From assembly GCA_024679065.1 (NCBI GenBank), contig JAGIQG010000022.1:14632001-14696000 (forward strand): a stretch of 64,000 nt of DNA, given 5' to 3'. Each line of letters opens with the position of its first letter. The stretch's first letter is position 1. This DNA is from Sphyrna mokarran. Lineage: Eukaryota. The translations under genes and the position numbers were made by a program. The notes below the pieces were generated by a model. It searched no databases. It was not told the origin of the DNA and saw only the letters and a list, made by a program, of their open reading frames with translations. This document shows positions 1-10,630 of this stretch, piece after piece.

Positions 1-159
1 GGGAAACAGGCCCTTCGGCCCAATGAGCCCAATGTTTGGGTACACTGAGGGAGAATTTAGTATGGCTAATGCACCTTACCAGCAGATCTTTCAGATGAAG
101 CGTAACTGGAAAGGGCAGTTTTTGGAAGTTATGATTAAATGTGCTATCTTTTTATTTTT

Positions 160-406
160 ATTTTATTTATTATTATTGTCACAAGTAGGCTTACATTAAC
201 ACCGCAATAAAGTTAAAGTGAAAATTGTGTAGCCGCCACACTACAACACCCGTTTGGATATAGTGAAGGAGAATTTAGCACAGCCAATACACCTTGCCAG
301 CATGTCTTTGGACTGTGGGAGGAAACCGGAGCACCCAGAGGAAACCCATGCAGACATGGGGGGAACATGCAGACTCCGTACAGTGACAGTGCTAAGGTAA
401 GCCGCC
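160..406 (-). mobile_element. tRNA-derived V-domain SINE with the GTAAGCCTACTTGTGACAATAA tail type
   Basis: Same core and tail recur at ~5053, 23820, 25750, 26750, 27530 and 52810. Confidence 0.75.
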
Positions 407-514
407 AATGTTCTGTTCAACACTGTTCTGTCATCCCGAATGGTTTCAAACTGTCATTTCTCTTGACCCATTCACTTACAAATGTTGACCAATTTATCGG
501 ACTCGGAATCTTAC

Positions 515-853
515 CCATGATCTCCACCTCCATGGTGTGTGTTCCAAAGAGTGGAGGGACATACACAGAACACATGTAGGTTCCCTCATCATTAATGCTG
601 ATACTTTTAATGCGAATGGAAGCATTTCCATTTTTGATTTGATCCATAAATACTTCAACTCCTTTCTCCAAGTGTTCAACCCGCTCATGTCGTCCATTGT
701 AGGAGAACAGTTTCTTCTTGGTTCCTTTGTGTTGGTATCTCCAGTCAATATTAAAGTCAGTACTGTGATCAATCTTGTAGCCGCAGTCCAGAACAAGGTT
801 TCGCTTGAGTTTGGTTCTAATCAGTGGGGTGCTGGTGTGCACAATGTAGCTCA
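515..853 (-). CDS. TAPBPL: Tapasin-like exon 4 (IgV domain)
   Basis: Acceptor tttttgcatgttAG, donor G|GTAAGA, 339 nt; V-set C..W..DEGTYMC pattern with the tapasin-family WRxQHKG hairpin. Confidence 0.9.
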
Positions 854-1859
854 CTAACATGCAAAAAGAAAAGGCTATTTATCTTGCATTTTGCAATAAT
901 TAATTATTATTCGTACCCAAGATAAAACCACTTAAAATCCTATTTTCCTCATAGAATAGAATCATAGAATCCCTACAGTGCAGAAGAAGGCCATTCAGCC
1001 CATTGAGCCTGTACTGACAACAATCCCATCCTATCCCCGTAACTCCATATATTTACCCTACTAATCCCCCTGACAGTAAGGGGCAATTTGGCATGGCCAA
1101 TCAATCTAACCAGCATATCTTTCGGACTGTGGAAGGAAACTGGAGCACCTGGACGAAACCCACACAGACACGGGGAGAAACTGCTGACTCCACACAGACA
1201 GTCACATAAGATTGACTGTGCCACCCATCATTTCACAAATCCAGTCACGTGTGGCACAGTGGTTAGAACTAGTGCCTCATAATGCCAAGATGCCAGGTTC
1301 AATTCTGACCTCAGGTGACTGTCTGTGCAGAGTCTGCACATTCTGTCTATATCTGCGTGGGTTTCCTCCGGGTGCTCCAGTTTCCTCCCACACTCCAAAA
1401 ATGTGCTGGTTAGATGAATTGACCATGCTAAATTCTCCCTTAATGTCCCAAGATGTGTAGATTAGATGGATTAATTATAATAAATGTGTGTGGTTACAGG
1501 GATAGGGTATTCGAAAAGGCCTGGGTAAGATACTCAGTAAGGGAGAGTAAATGTTGATGCGATGGGCCGAAAGGCCTCCTGCAGCGTACAGATTCTATGA
1601 TTCATTATGTTACATGGCTACTTACTTTGTTCACCCACATGAATATTGATGGTTCTACTCCATAGAAGGCAGACATATTCCATCACACACGCATATATGC
1701 ATGCACACATGCACGTGTACACACGTGCACACACTCATACATATGCACACACACATGCATGCATGCACACATACATGAGCGCACACATGCATGCGCACAC
1801 ATGGGCATGCACACACCAGTACATGCGTATACACGCTTGCACAAACACACATGTGCGCG

Positions 1860-1915
<56 letters not shown>

Positions 1916-4900
1916 AATATTTTTTTTTTTGCAGCACTCTCTCTGAAATTATTCCGAATTGGTTTGCATTTGAACATTACCTTGAACTAACAGAGTGTCG
2001 GCATCACCAATGGGTGAAGCTTCGTCAGCCGCTTTTGCTTCACTGTGCTGGCTGTCAGGAGCTTCTATCTTCCTCATAAAGCTGGTCGCAGTGAACCTGC
2101 TGTTTAAATGCTTTATCGTCACTGTAAACCATATATCCGTAATGGCCTCCTCGCCTTGCTGTGGCCAGGGTACGTGGATACCGTGAGTGGAGTACCTACG
2201 AATTTCACATTCCAAGTTGTCGGGCTGTTCACCCACATACTGGAAGATATCTAGTGAAGATGCTGTAAATAAGGAGAAAGGGTCATATAATAATTAAACA
2301 GTACGTTCGTAGGAAATGATGCAAACCATTCATAGGTTTATAAGATATAGGAGCAAAATTAGGCCATTTGGCCCATCGAATCTGCTCTGCCATTTGATCA
2401 CAGCTGATATGCTCCTCATCCCCATTTTCTCCCCATAACCCTTCACCCCATTACCAATTAAAAATCTGTCTAACTCCTCCTTAAATTTACTCGCTGCCCC
2501 AGTATTCATTGCACTTTGGGGTAACGAATTCCACAGATTCATAACCCTTTGGGAGAAGCAGTTTCTCCTCAACTCTGTTTTAAATTTGCTGCCCCTTATC
2601 GTAAGGCTATAACCTCTTGTCCATGAATGCCCCACAAGAGGAAGCATCCACTCCATGTCTATTTTATCCATACCTTTTGTCATCTTGTAAACATTCACAG
2701 AAAGTTGGGTCCCAGCATTAAACACACACATTTCTCTAATCCTCTCAAGTTGTAAGATTCTGCAGATCTTTCCACCGTCACTTGTGATCAGGAAACAACC
2801 AGAGTATTCATGTATTTAAATATTACTCTTAAATCCCAAGTTGTCTCTGTTTACACTGAAAATCTAATTCTCCAAATCAATTTAATCAACACTGCCAATT
2901 CCATTTGACCAGCTATTTTGAAACAACACTCTTGAGGAGTCAATGGCCTGGTCCTCGGCACCTCCCTCTGTGAGTGGACCCTGAACTTCCTGAATTTCAG
3001 ACCACAATCAGTAAGGATAGGCAACAACACCTCCACATCATCCTTAATACCAGTCCCCCACAAGGCTGTGTTCTCAGCCCCCTACTATACTCCTTGTATG
3101 CTATGACTGTCTGGCCAAATTCCCCTCCAATTCGATTTTCAAGTTTGCTGATGACACCACCATAGTGATGTACCATAGAAAGCATTCTTTCTGGTTGTAT
3201 CACAGCTTAGTATGGCTCCTTCAAGATCGCAAGGAACTACAAAATATCGTAGTTGTAGCCCAATCCATCATGCAAACCAGCTCCCTATCTGTTGACTCTG
3301 TCTACACTTGCTGCTGCCTTGGCAAAGCAGCCAACATAATTAAAGACCTCGTGCACCCTGGACGCTCTCTCTTCCACCTTCTTCCGTTGGGGAGAAAGTA
3401 CAAAAGTCTGAGGTCATAAACCAACTGACTTAAGAACAGCTTCTTCCCTGCTGCCATCAGATTTGAGTGGAGTTGATTTTTGCACTGTTAATCTTTCTCC
3501 ACACTACTGTAACACTACATTCTGCACTCCCTCCTTTCCTTCTCTTCGAATGGTACGCTTTGTCTGTATAGTGTGCAAGAAACAATACTTTTCACTGTGT
3601 GTTAATACGTGTGACAATAATAAATCAAATCAATTCAAATCAATGAATACCGTTTCTCTCAAATGACTTCTTCAGACTAATTATTGGCAATTGCATCCAA
3701 TTTCTTACTGAGTAAGCTAAAGGTAAATTTGCCATAGTCCCAGACACTTGGCACAGTCACTTGGGAGCGATTTTATTTGAGAGTCACCATATCTCAGGCA
3801 AGGGGCAAGGTTGAGAAGGCAGTGACCTTCATAAATAACTCAGCTGCGTATGGAAATTGAACCTGCCTCGCTGACCTCACTAACCAGATGTCCAGCCAAA
3901 CTGAGCTAAACAGACTGAGTGGACTAACTCTGTCCCCATAAGCCTTGAATAAAGAGCTGTCTATATTACAATTTCACATATTGTGCACATTAATTCCTTT
4001 CTCCTGTTGAATTATTAGCCGTATCTTACCCTCTGTGACCCAGAAAGAATCGCATTTGTAAAATTCCTGCGATGCACAAGGAGGCCTTTCAGCCCATCTG
4101 GCCTGCACTGACTCTCCATCAGAATGCCCCACCCAGTCACTATAGTAATGCAAGAAATGCAGCAAATAATTTATGCATAGCAAGCTCCCACAAACAGCTA
4201 TGGGATACAGTAAATTCCTGTCCTTCACAGGGGGTTTCCATTACTACAAAACCTCATGGTGTGCAAACTGGCAAACCGCCACATGTGCAGAATCAGTACA
4301 TGCACAGCACATGCTTTCTCCAGAGGGATGGTGACAGTTCAACATCTTAATCACAGTTGAGTGAGTTTCAGGCCCAATATTACACATACAAACGCATTTG
4401 CATGGATAAATGATTTCACGATAAAAAGGGTTGTGTATTATATCATAGAATCATACTATCCCTACAGTGCATTCATAAAGACCATTCAGCTCATTGAGTC
4501 TGCACTGACCGCAAACTTACCCAGGCCCTACTCCTGTATCCCCTACATTTTTACTCTGCTAATCCCCTAACACTAAGGGGCCAATCAACCTGACCTGCAC
4601 ATCTTCGGACTGTGGGAGGAAACTGGAGCACCTGGAGGGAACCCATGCAGACACAAGGAGAACATACACAGAGAGTGACCCAAGCCAAGGATTGAACCCT
4701 GGTCCGTGGCATTGTGAGGCAGCAGTGCTAACCACTGACTCACTGTGCCGCCCCACGGGAGTTTACTGCGATGATAATCGGTCACCCCATCTGGCACTCT
4801 TCAATATAATACTATGGCCTCACTTTATCATCAAGACAATATCAGGCACTGAATACTCCTTAGCAGTGAGCAGAGGGTCACGCTGTATCACGAATCTCCA

Positions 4901-7900
4901 ATACAGGACTTAAAACCACAATCTTCGAATTCAGAGGTACAGGTGCTATTCACTGGGTCATAGCGGTTATGCACAGCTAATAGAAGCTGTGATAATCTGT
5001 CCTTCACAGGATCATCATAGAATCCCAACAGAAGGAGGCTATTCAGCTCATTAAAGTTTATTTATTAGTGTCACGAGTAAGGCTTACATTAATACTGCAA
5101 TGAAGTTACTGTGAAAATTCACTAGTCGCCACACTCTGACACCTGTTCAGGTACACTGAAGGAGAATTTAACATGGCCAGTGCACCTAACCACCACGTCT
5201 TTCAGGCTATGGGAGGAAACTCAGGCAGACATGAGAAGGATGTGCAGATAGCATACAGACATGACCCAAGCCAGGAATCGAACCCAGGACCTTGGCCCTG
5301 GGAGGCAGCAATGCTAACCACTATGGTACTGTGCCACCGCAGGGTACCTAGAACTAAGGGTCACTGTTTAAAAATAAGGAGGAAATGCCCATTTAAAATA
5401 GAGATGAGGCAAAATGTTTTCTTCCAGAAAGTCATGAGTCTTTTGAACTCTCTTCCTGAGAATGCAGTAGAAGCAGAGTCTTTGAATATTTTGAAGGCGG
5501 AGGTGGATTGATTCTTGATAAGCAAGGGGGTGAAAGGTTATTGGAGGTAAGCAAGATGCATACTTGAGATTGAGATCAGATCAACCCTAATCTTATTAAA
5601 TGGCAGGGCAGGTTCGAGGGGCAGAATGGCCTACTTCTGCTCCTTGTTCGTATGCTAATATAATAAAATAAAGAAGATAGGACTTTCTATTTCAAGTGGC
5701 AATGGTCTAATTGTATTCTTGTGAGATTATTAATGCAAAAACTCAGCTAATGTTCTGGGGATCCAGGTTCAAATCCCATCACGGCAGATGGTGGAATTTG
5801 AATTCAATAAAATATATCTGGAATTAAGAATCTAATGATAACCATGAACCCATTGTCGATTGTCGAAAAAACTCATCTGGTTTAGTAATGTCCTTTAGGG
5901 AAGAATATCTGCCATCTTTACCTGGTCTAACCTACATGTCACTCCAGAGCCACAACAACATGGCTTATTCTCAACAGCCCTCCAAGAGCGACTAGAGATG
6001 GGCAATGAATGCTGGCCAGCCAGCAATGCCCATGTCTCACGTATGAGTACAAAAAAAAAATTAACTGTGGGGGAATAAAAGAATTTCCCAAACGATTGCG
6101 AACAATTACCCTAAATGTAGGAGGTGCCCGCCAGAGAAAAGAAATCGTTGACCAAAACACAGTACCTTGAAGTTTGAAAATAATGGCCTTCTCATTTCCA
6201 CTCAGGTTACCGGACAGAAGCAGGGCCTTCCTCTTGATGGCTTTTGGCCCAAGTACTTGTAGCTCTTCATTTTGCTTCTCCTCCACAAACATGCAGTCCA
6301 GCTTTCTGTTTGGGACCATGTGTCTATTCTGTGCTTGCACAATAGCTTGAGAAATAAATAGAGGAATTTAAAAGAAAAATTTCAACGCATTCTGTCACTC
6401 CGCACGTTGCACAGACACCTCACTGAATACCAAGAAGTTGAATTACTTGCCATCTCTATATTGGTGATGATTGTTCTGCTTTCAAGTGCATCTTTTTCAT
6501 TAATCACTTAAGTGTAGCTCGGTCACTAGCTTTTGTGCCTTGGTGCCAACATATTATGGATTCAAACCTTGCCCCAGGAACCTGAGCACGTAATCCAGGC
6601 AATACTACTGCGCTCACTCAGTATTGTACTGCAACATTGTGGTTTGGAACCAAAATGGGTATGCAGAGCTAAGGTACAGATCAATCAAAATTTCATTGAA
6701 ATGTGGAACAGGCTTGAAGGGCTGAATGGCATACTCCTATCCTCATCTTTCCCAACCCAGTGCAGTTGATTTCTGTATTGGACTAAGCATCATTACAGAG
6801 TTTGCTATACATTGCAGAGAGATTATAAACACTGCAGACCATTCCCCACTTATTTTCATCTGCATCACTGCTACTATATTCAAGCAGTCTACATTCAATT
6901 ATTTAAACCAACACCTCTATCTATGTCTTCCTCTACAAAGATTATAAAAAGGCTTAAATAAAAGCAGAACAATGCGGACGTTGGAAATCTGAAATAAAAG
7001 CAGAAAATGCTGAATAAACTCAGCAAGTCTGGCAGCATCTGTGGAGAGAGAACCAAGAGTTTTGCTTCTATTGAGCACTGACCTTATATTAACACATTCT
7101 GCTATCCTTCCTTTTTAATTTTTTAAACTCCATCCTTAAAGTTATAAAGTCAATGCTCAGAGTACACTAAGCAAAATCCAAATCTATTCCTTGCTTGCTC
7201 CAGAAGCCAAATTTAAAATTCAATCGAATCCAATTCATGGTTCCCACAAGAGAGACAAACAAGATTCAAGATGACAAGATGAGGCATTGCATCCCCATCT
7301 TGGGCTTGAATCTGATACTTGATCCAAAAGACGAAGAAATCTTTTCTTTATGCCACTATTAGCAGTTCTTCAGTCCTCAATGCCACCACTAACACTCCCT
7401 TTGTCTTGTGTCCATGACATCTTTGTCAATCTTTCCTGAGCTCCAACCTATCCCTGACCTTCCACTCACTTCCCCACCACTATATAATTGATGACATTTT
7501 TATCCCTCTTCAATTCTGTAGAATTGTCAGACAGATCAGAAATGTTAACAATGATTCTCTCTTCACAGATGCTGCCATTCTTGCTGAGTTTCCCCAGCAT
7601 TTTCTGGTTCTTTTTGTTATCAAAAGACTTTATTGGTCTGCAAAACTTTTGACACACAGAACACTTTATTATAACTCACATCATTCAAGCAATGCATTCT
7701 CTGGTTCCTGCATGGACCAGTGCTGTGATTGCGTCAGTGAAGGCTTTATCTGCTGGGCATTTCTTGTGAAATTATAAATGCATTTCCTTAAAGCATTTAT
7801 AAATTGCATAAGCAAAAAAACTGCCTTTACATAACATAATATAGAACGACAAAGTAATCTACTTATGCCAAAATTGGTAAGGGGATTGATGTTATATTAG

Positions 7901-10353
7901 GGAGAACTCGCTCTTTAAAATTTCCATGGAATTTTTAACACTCTAAATGGGTTTAGCCTTTCATTTATCATGGAAAATGAATGTTGATAGACCAGCACTC
8001 CTACAGCACTCCACTCTAGTGTCAGTGCCTGTGAATTCACAAAGGGATAGTCCAACTTTACTGATGCAAACTGATATAAAAATACGAGAGTAAATCTTCA
8101 CGAAGACATTTCCAACCTCATAACACATAAGCAGATCAAGGAACAGTTATCCCATTGGCCCTAATCATTGTGGGGTCCTATAAGCCATTATATTCTCCCG
8201 TCATTGATACAATGTGCCAATGGTTTTTTGACTTACCTTAGAACCATAGAGCCTCTGCAGCACAGAAAGAGGTCATCCAATGACCATTTTACCCAAGCAC
8301 CCCCCTCCTTCACACTATCCCTGTAGTTCATGCACATTTACCATGGCTAATTCACTCAACCTACATACCTTTGGACATGCAGAGGCAATTTAACATGGCC
8401 AATCTATATAACCTTAACATTTTGGACATTAACGAGTAATTTAGCATGGCCAATCTACCTAACCTGCACACCTTTGGATGAATGGGGCAATTTAACATGA
8501 CCAATCCACCTAACCTTCACGTTTTTGCACACTAAGGGGCAATTTAGCATGGCAAATTCACATAAGAATTTTAAAGTGCACAAGATTGGGGAAGTGTATT
8601 GAGATGGATAGAAAATTGATTAGCAGAAAGGAAACAGAGTTGAAATTAATGGATGCTTTTCAAATTTGCAGGCAGTAACTAGTAGAGTGCCACAGGGATC
8701 AGTGCCGGGACCCCAGATATTCACAATTTATATTAATGATTTCGATGAGGGAACAAAATTAACATCTCAAAGTTTGCAGCTGATACCAAGTTGGTTGGGA
8801 GGGTGAACTGTGATGAGGATGCAGAAATCCTTCAGAATGATCTGGATAGATTGGGTGAGTGGGCTCATCAATGGCAGATGCAATATAATTTGGATAAGTG
8901 TGAGGGTATTCATTCTGGAAGCAAAAAAAAGTAAGCAGATTACTACCTGAATGGCTGTAAATCGGGAGAAAGGTATATGCAGCAGGACCTGGGTGTTCTT
9001 GTGCACCAGTCGCTGAAGGTAAGCATGCAGGTGCAGCAGGCGGTAAAGAAGGCAAATGGCATGTTGGCCTTCATTGCAAAGGGTTTTGAATACAGGGGCA
9101 GGGATGTGTTGTTGCAACTATACAGGGCCTTGGTGAGGTCATACATAGAACACTGCATGCAGTTTTCTGAAGAAGGATGTTCTTGCTGTGGAGAGAGTGC
9201 AGCTAAGGTTTACCAGGCTGATTCCGGGGATGGCTGAACTGATGTATGAAGGGAGATTGATTAGATTAGGGTTGTTTTCGCTGGAGTTCAGACAATGAGG
9301 GGGGATCTCATAGAGACTTATAAAATTCTAACTGGATTAGATGGGATAGATGCAGGGAGGTTATTCCCACTGGTGGGGGAGTCCAAAACCAGGGGTCACA
9401 GTCTAAGGATTCAAGGTAGACCATTTAGGATGGAGGTGAGGAGAATTTCTTCACTCAGAGAGTAGCGGGCCTGTGGAATTCATTGCCACAGGAAGTAGTT
9501 GATGCCAAAACATTGAATTTATTCAAGAGGCGGTTGGATATAGCACTTGGGGTGAATGGGATCAAAGGTTATGGGGAGAAAGTAGGATTGAGTTGGATGA
9601 TCAGCCATGACTGTGATGAATGGTGGAGCAGTCTCTAAGGGCCAAATGGCCTCCTCCTGCTCCTACCTTCTATGTTCCTACAACCTACCCATCTTTAGAC
9701 AGTATTGGGGAAGTTTAGTATGGCCAATCCACCTAATTTCTACATCTTTAGTCTGTGGGAAGAAACCCACGCAGACACGAGGAGCATGTACAGACTCTAC
9801 ACAGTCACCCAAGGCTGGCGCTGTGAAGCACTGGATAAAAGCAAATTTTTTTTTGCTGGAATCCAAAACCAATAGAGAAAATGCTGGAAAATCTCAGCAG
9901 ATCTGGCAGCATCTGTGAGGAGAGGCAAGAGCTGACGTTTTGAGTCCAGATGACCGTTTGTCAAAGCTTTGACCCAAAACGTCAGCTCGTTTCCTCTCCA
10001 TATAGATTCTGCCAGACCTGCTGGGATTTTTCAGCATTTTCTCTTTTGATGCAGTGAAGCAGCAGTTCTAACCACTGTGCCGCCCCCTTCCTTGTACAAT
10101 GACAGTGTTGTTATATTTAGTGTGCTTCTTTTCTGCTACCACTAGTTACTTTAACCCTGCCATTTTCTCCTGTGCTCGGATCCCCCGAGCATTTGCTAGT
10201 TTCACATTAAAAACTCCGCTTTCCGCAGCCAGTTTCCAACACCAACACAATCATTACGTTACACTCAGCCGTCTGTGGACTCGGCTCGGCTCCTCTGATA
10301 TTCTTACCGGTAGCAAGGATGGAAAAGTGCAGAAGGGATATTTTCCAATACAT
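515..10353 (-). CDS. TAPBPL: Tapasin-family gene (tapasin-related/tapasin-like), 5' part: join(10353..10308, 6345..6166, 2262..1981, 853..515); IgC/TM/tail exons presumably left of the window
   Basis: All introns GT-AG and phase 1. Spliced protein [86 protein letters not shown] matches recalled tapasin/TAPBPR motifs (ECWFVED..KRPGALLL; TCEISRY; EWRxQHxG; EGTYxC). Which paralogue it is remains uncertain. Confidence 0.85.
950..1602. mobile_element. Head-to-head pair of HE1-like SINEs (950-1225 on -, 1250-1602 on +)
   Basis: tRNA-like head, GGGTTTCCTCCGGGTGCTCC core, CR1-like tail ending GATTCTATGATT. Confidence 0.8.
1683..1912. repeat. Degenerate plus perfect (CA)n microsatellite
   Basis: Directly visible; perfect CA run at about 1864-1912. 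Confidence 0.95.
1981..2262 (-). CDS. TAPBPL: Tapasin-like exon 3 (N-domain)
   Basis: Acceptor ccttatttacAG, donor G|GTAATG, 282 nt, phase 1-1; encodes [16 protein letters not shown]. Confidence 0.88.
2330..2690 (-). mobile_element. CR1/HER1-like LINE 3' fragment
   Basis: TRG.SL..RG..F.TELRRN.FSQRV.NLWNSLP C-terminal motif plus the typical 3' tail. Confidence 0.85.
2943..3643 (+). mobile_element. Rex/Babar-like LINE 3' fragment
   Basis: Decayed RT motifs [14 protein letters not shown] and FADDTT; ends in GTGACAATAATAAA(TCAAA)n. Related copies at 11413-11880 (-) and 20010-20562. Confidence 0.75.
5695..6060 (+). mobile_element. tRNA-derived SINE, second family (copies at 31923-32287, 54600-54930 on -, 60946-61282)
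   Basis: GGTTCRAATCCC B-box-like head; tail GGATGGGCAATAAATGCTGGCC..CCCA shared with the LINE end at 18530-19277. Confidence 0.75.
6166..6345 (-). CDS. TAPBPL: Tapasin-like exon 2 (N-domain, editing loop)
   Basis: Acceptor tttctcaAG, donor G|GTACTG, 180 nt, phase 1-1; encodes LDCMFVEE...KRKALLL. Confidence 0.85.
8342..8561. repeat. ~51-52-bp tandem array inside an HE1-like SINE
   Basis: 4+ units of CATGGCCAATCYACCTAACCTGCACAYCTTTGGA..GGGGCAATTTAG; further unit(s) resume at 9681-9750. Confidence 0.85.
8562..9680 (+). mobile_element. CR1-like LINE, 5'-truncated and decayed
   Basis: VPQGSV.GP, IYIND, FAADTK (degenerate FADDTK), [15 protein letters not shown] motifs, plus 3' tail. Confidence 0.9.
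9831..10050. mobile_element. Penelope-like pLTR-derived tailed hairpin (family A)
   Basis: Imperfect palindrome centred on GTCAAAGCTTTGAC (~9960-9973); flanked by GCTGTGAAGCA / GCAGTGAAGCA. Single arms of this family at ~6960, 7540, 17960, 25060, 46760 and 49800. Confidence 0.7.
10308..10353 (-). CDS. TAPBPL: Tapasin-like exon 1 (signal peptide [15 protein letters not shown])
   Basis: Kozak context cccgccATG; hydrophobic leader; donor G|GTAAGA, phase 1; joins exon 2 to give ...ATAIVQA signal peptide. Confidence 0.8.
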
Positions 10354-10402
10354 GGCGGGTCCTCTGTTCGCGCCGCTGCTGTCTATCAGGCCGCTGCCTC
10401 AC

Positions 10403-10469
10403 ACTTTCACTTTCAATTCATACAAGGAAGTTCCTAAAGGTAGTTCGAAGGGACATCAGTTTCGTTTTT
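10403..10469 (-). promoter_or_regulatory. IRF-E/ISRE motifs plus kappaB/ETS-like site in the tapasin-like proximal promoter
   Basis: ACTTTCACTTTC at 10403-10414 (= GAAAGTGAAAGT), AGGAAGTTCC at 10425-10434, AGTTTCGTTTTT at 10458-10469; all 50-116 bp upstream of the ATG. Confidence 0.6.
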
Positions 10470-10500
10470 GGGAGATGGGGATCTGGTGGTAGAAAAGGGA

Positions 10501-10630
10501 GAGATTGGGAGGAGGGGGGAGGCAGTGGAAGAGAGAGAGACTGGGGGGGAGATTGGGCAGACAGAGAGAGATCTGAGGGAGAAATTGGGCAGAGAGGGAG
10601 AGATCTGGGGGAGAAATTGGGCAGAGAGGG
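10501..10630. repeat. Purine-rich ~32-bp minisatellite (about 3 copies) upstream of the tapasin-like gene
   Basis: Unit approximately GAGAGATCTGGGGGAGAAATTGGGCAGAGAG; ATTGG at 10504, 10552, 10584 and 10616. Confidence 0.75.

Noticed and set aside
1646-2079. Overlapping HT/CV-rich ORFs
   Set aside because: They are translations of the (CA)n microsatellite.
8342-8561. Regularly spaced repeats resembling a CRISPR array
   Set aside because: The whole unit is repeated (no unique spacers), it matches SINE internal sequence, and the context is eukaryotic with no cas genes.
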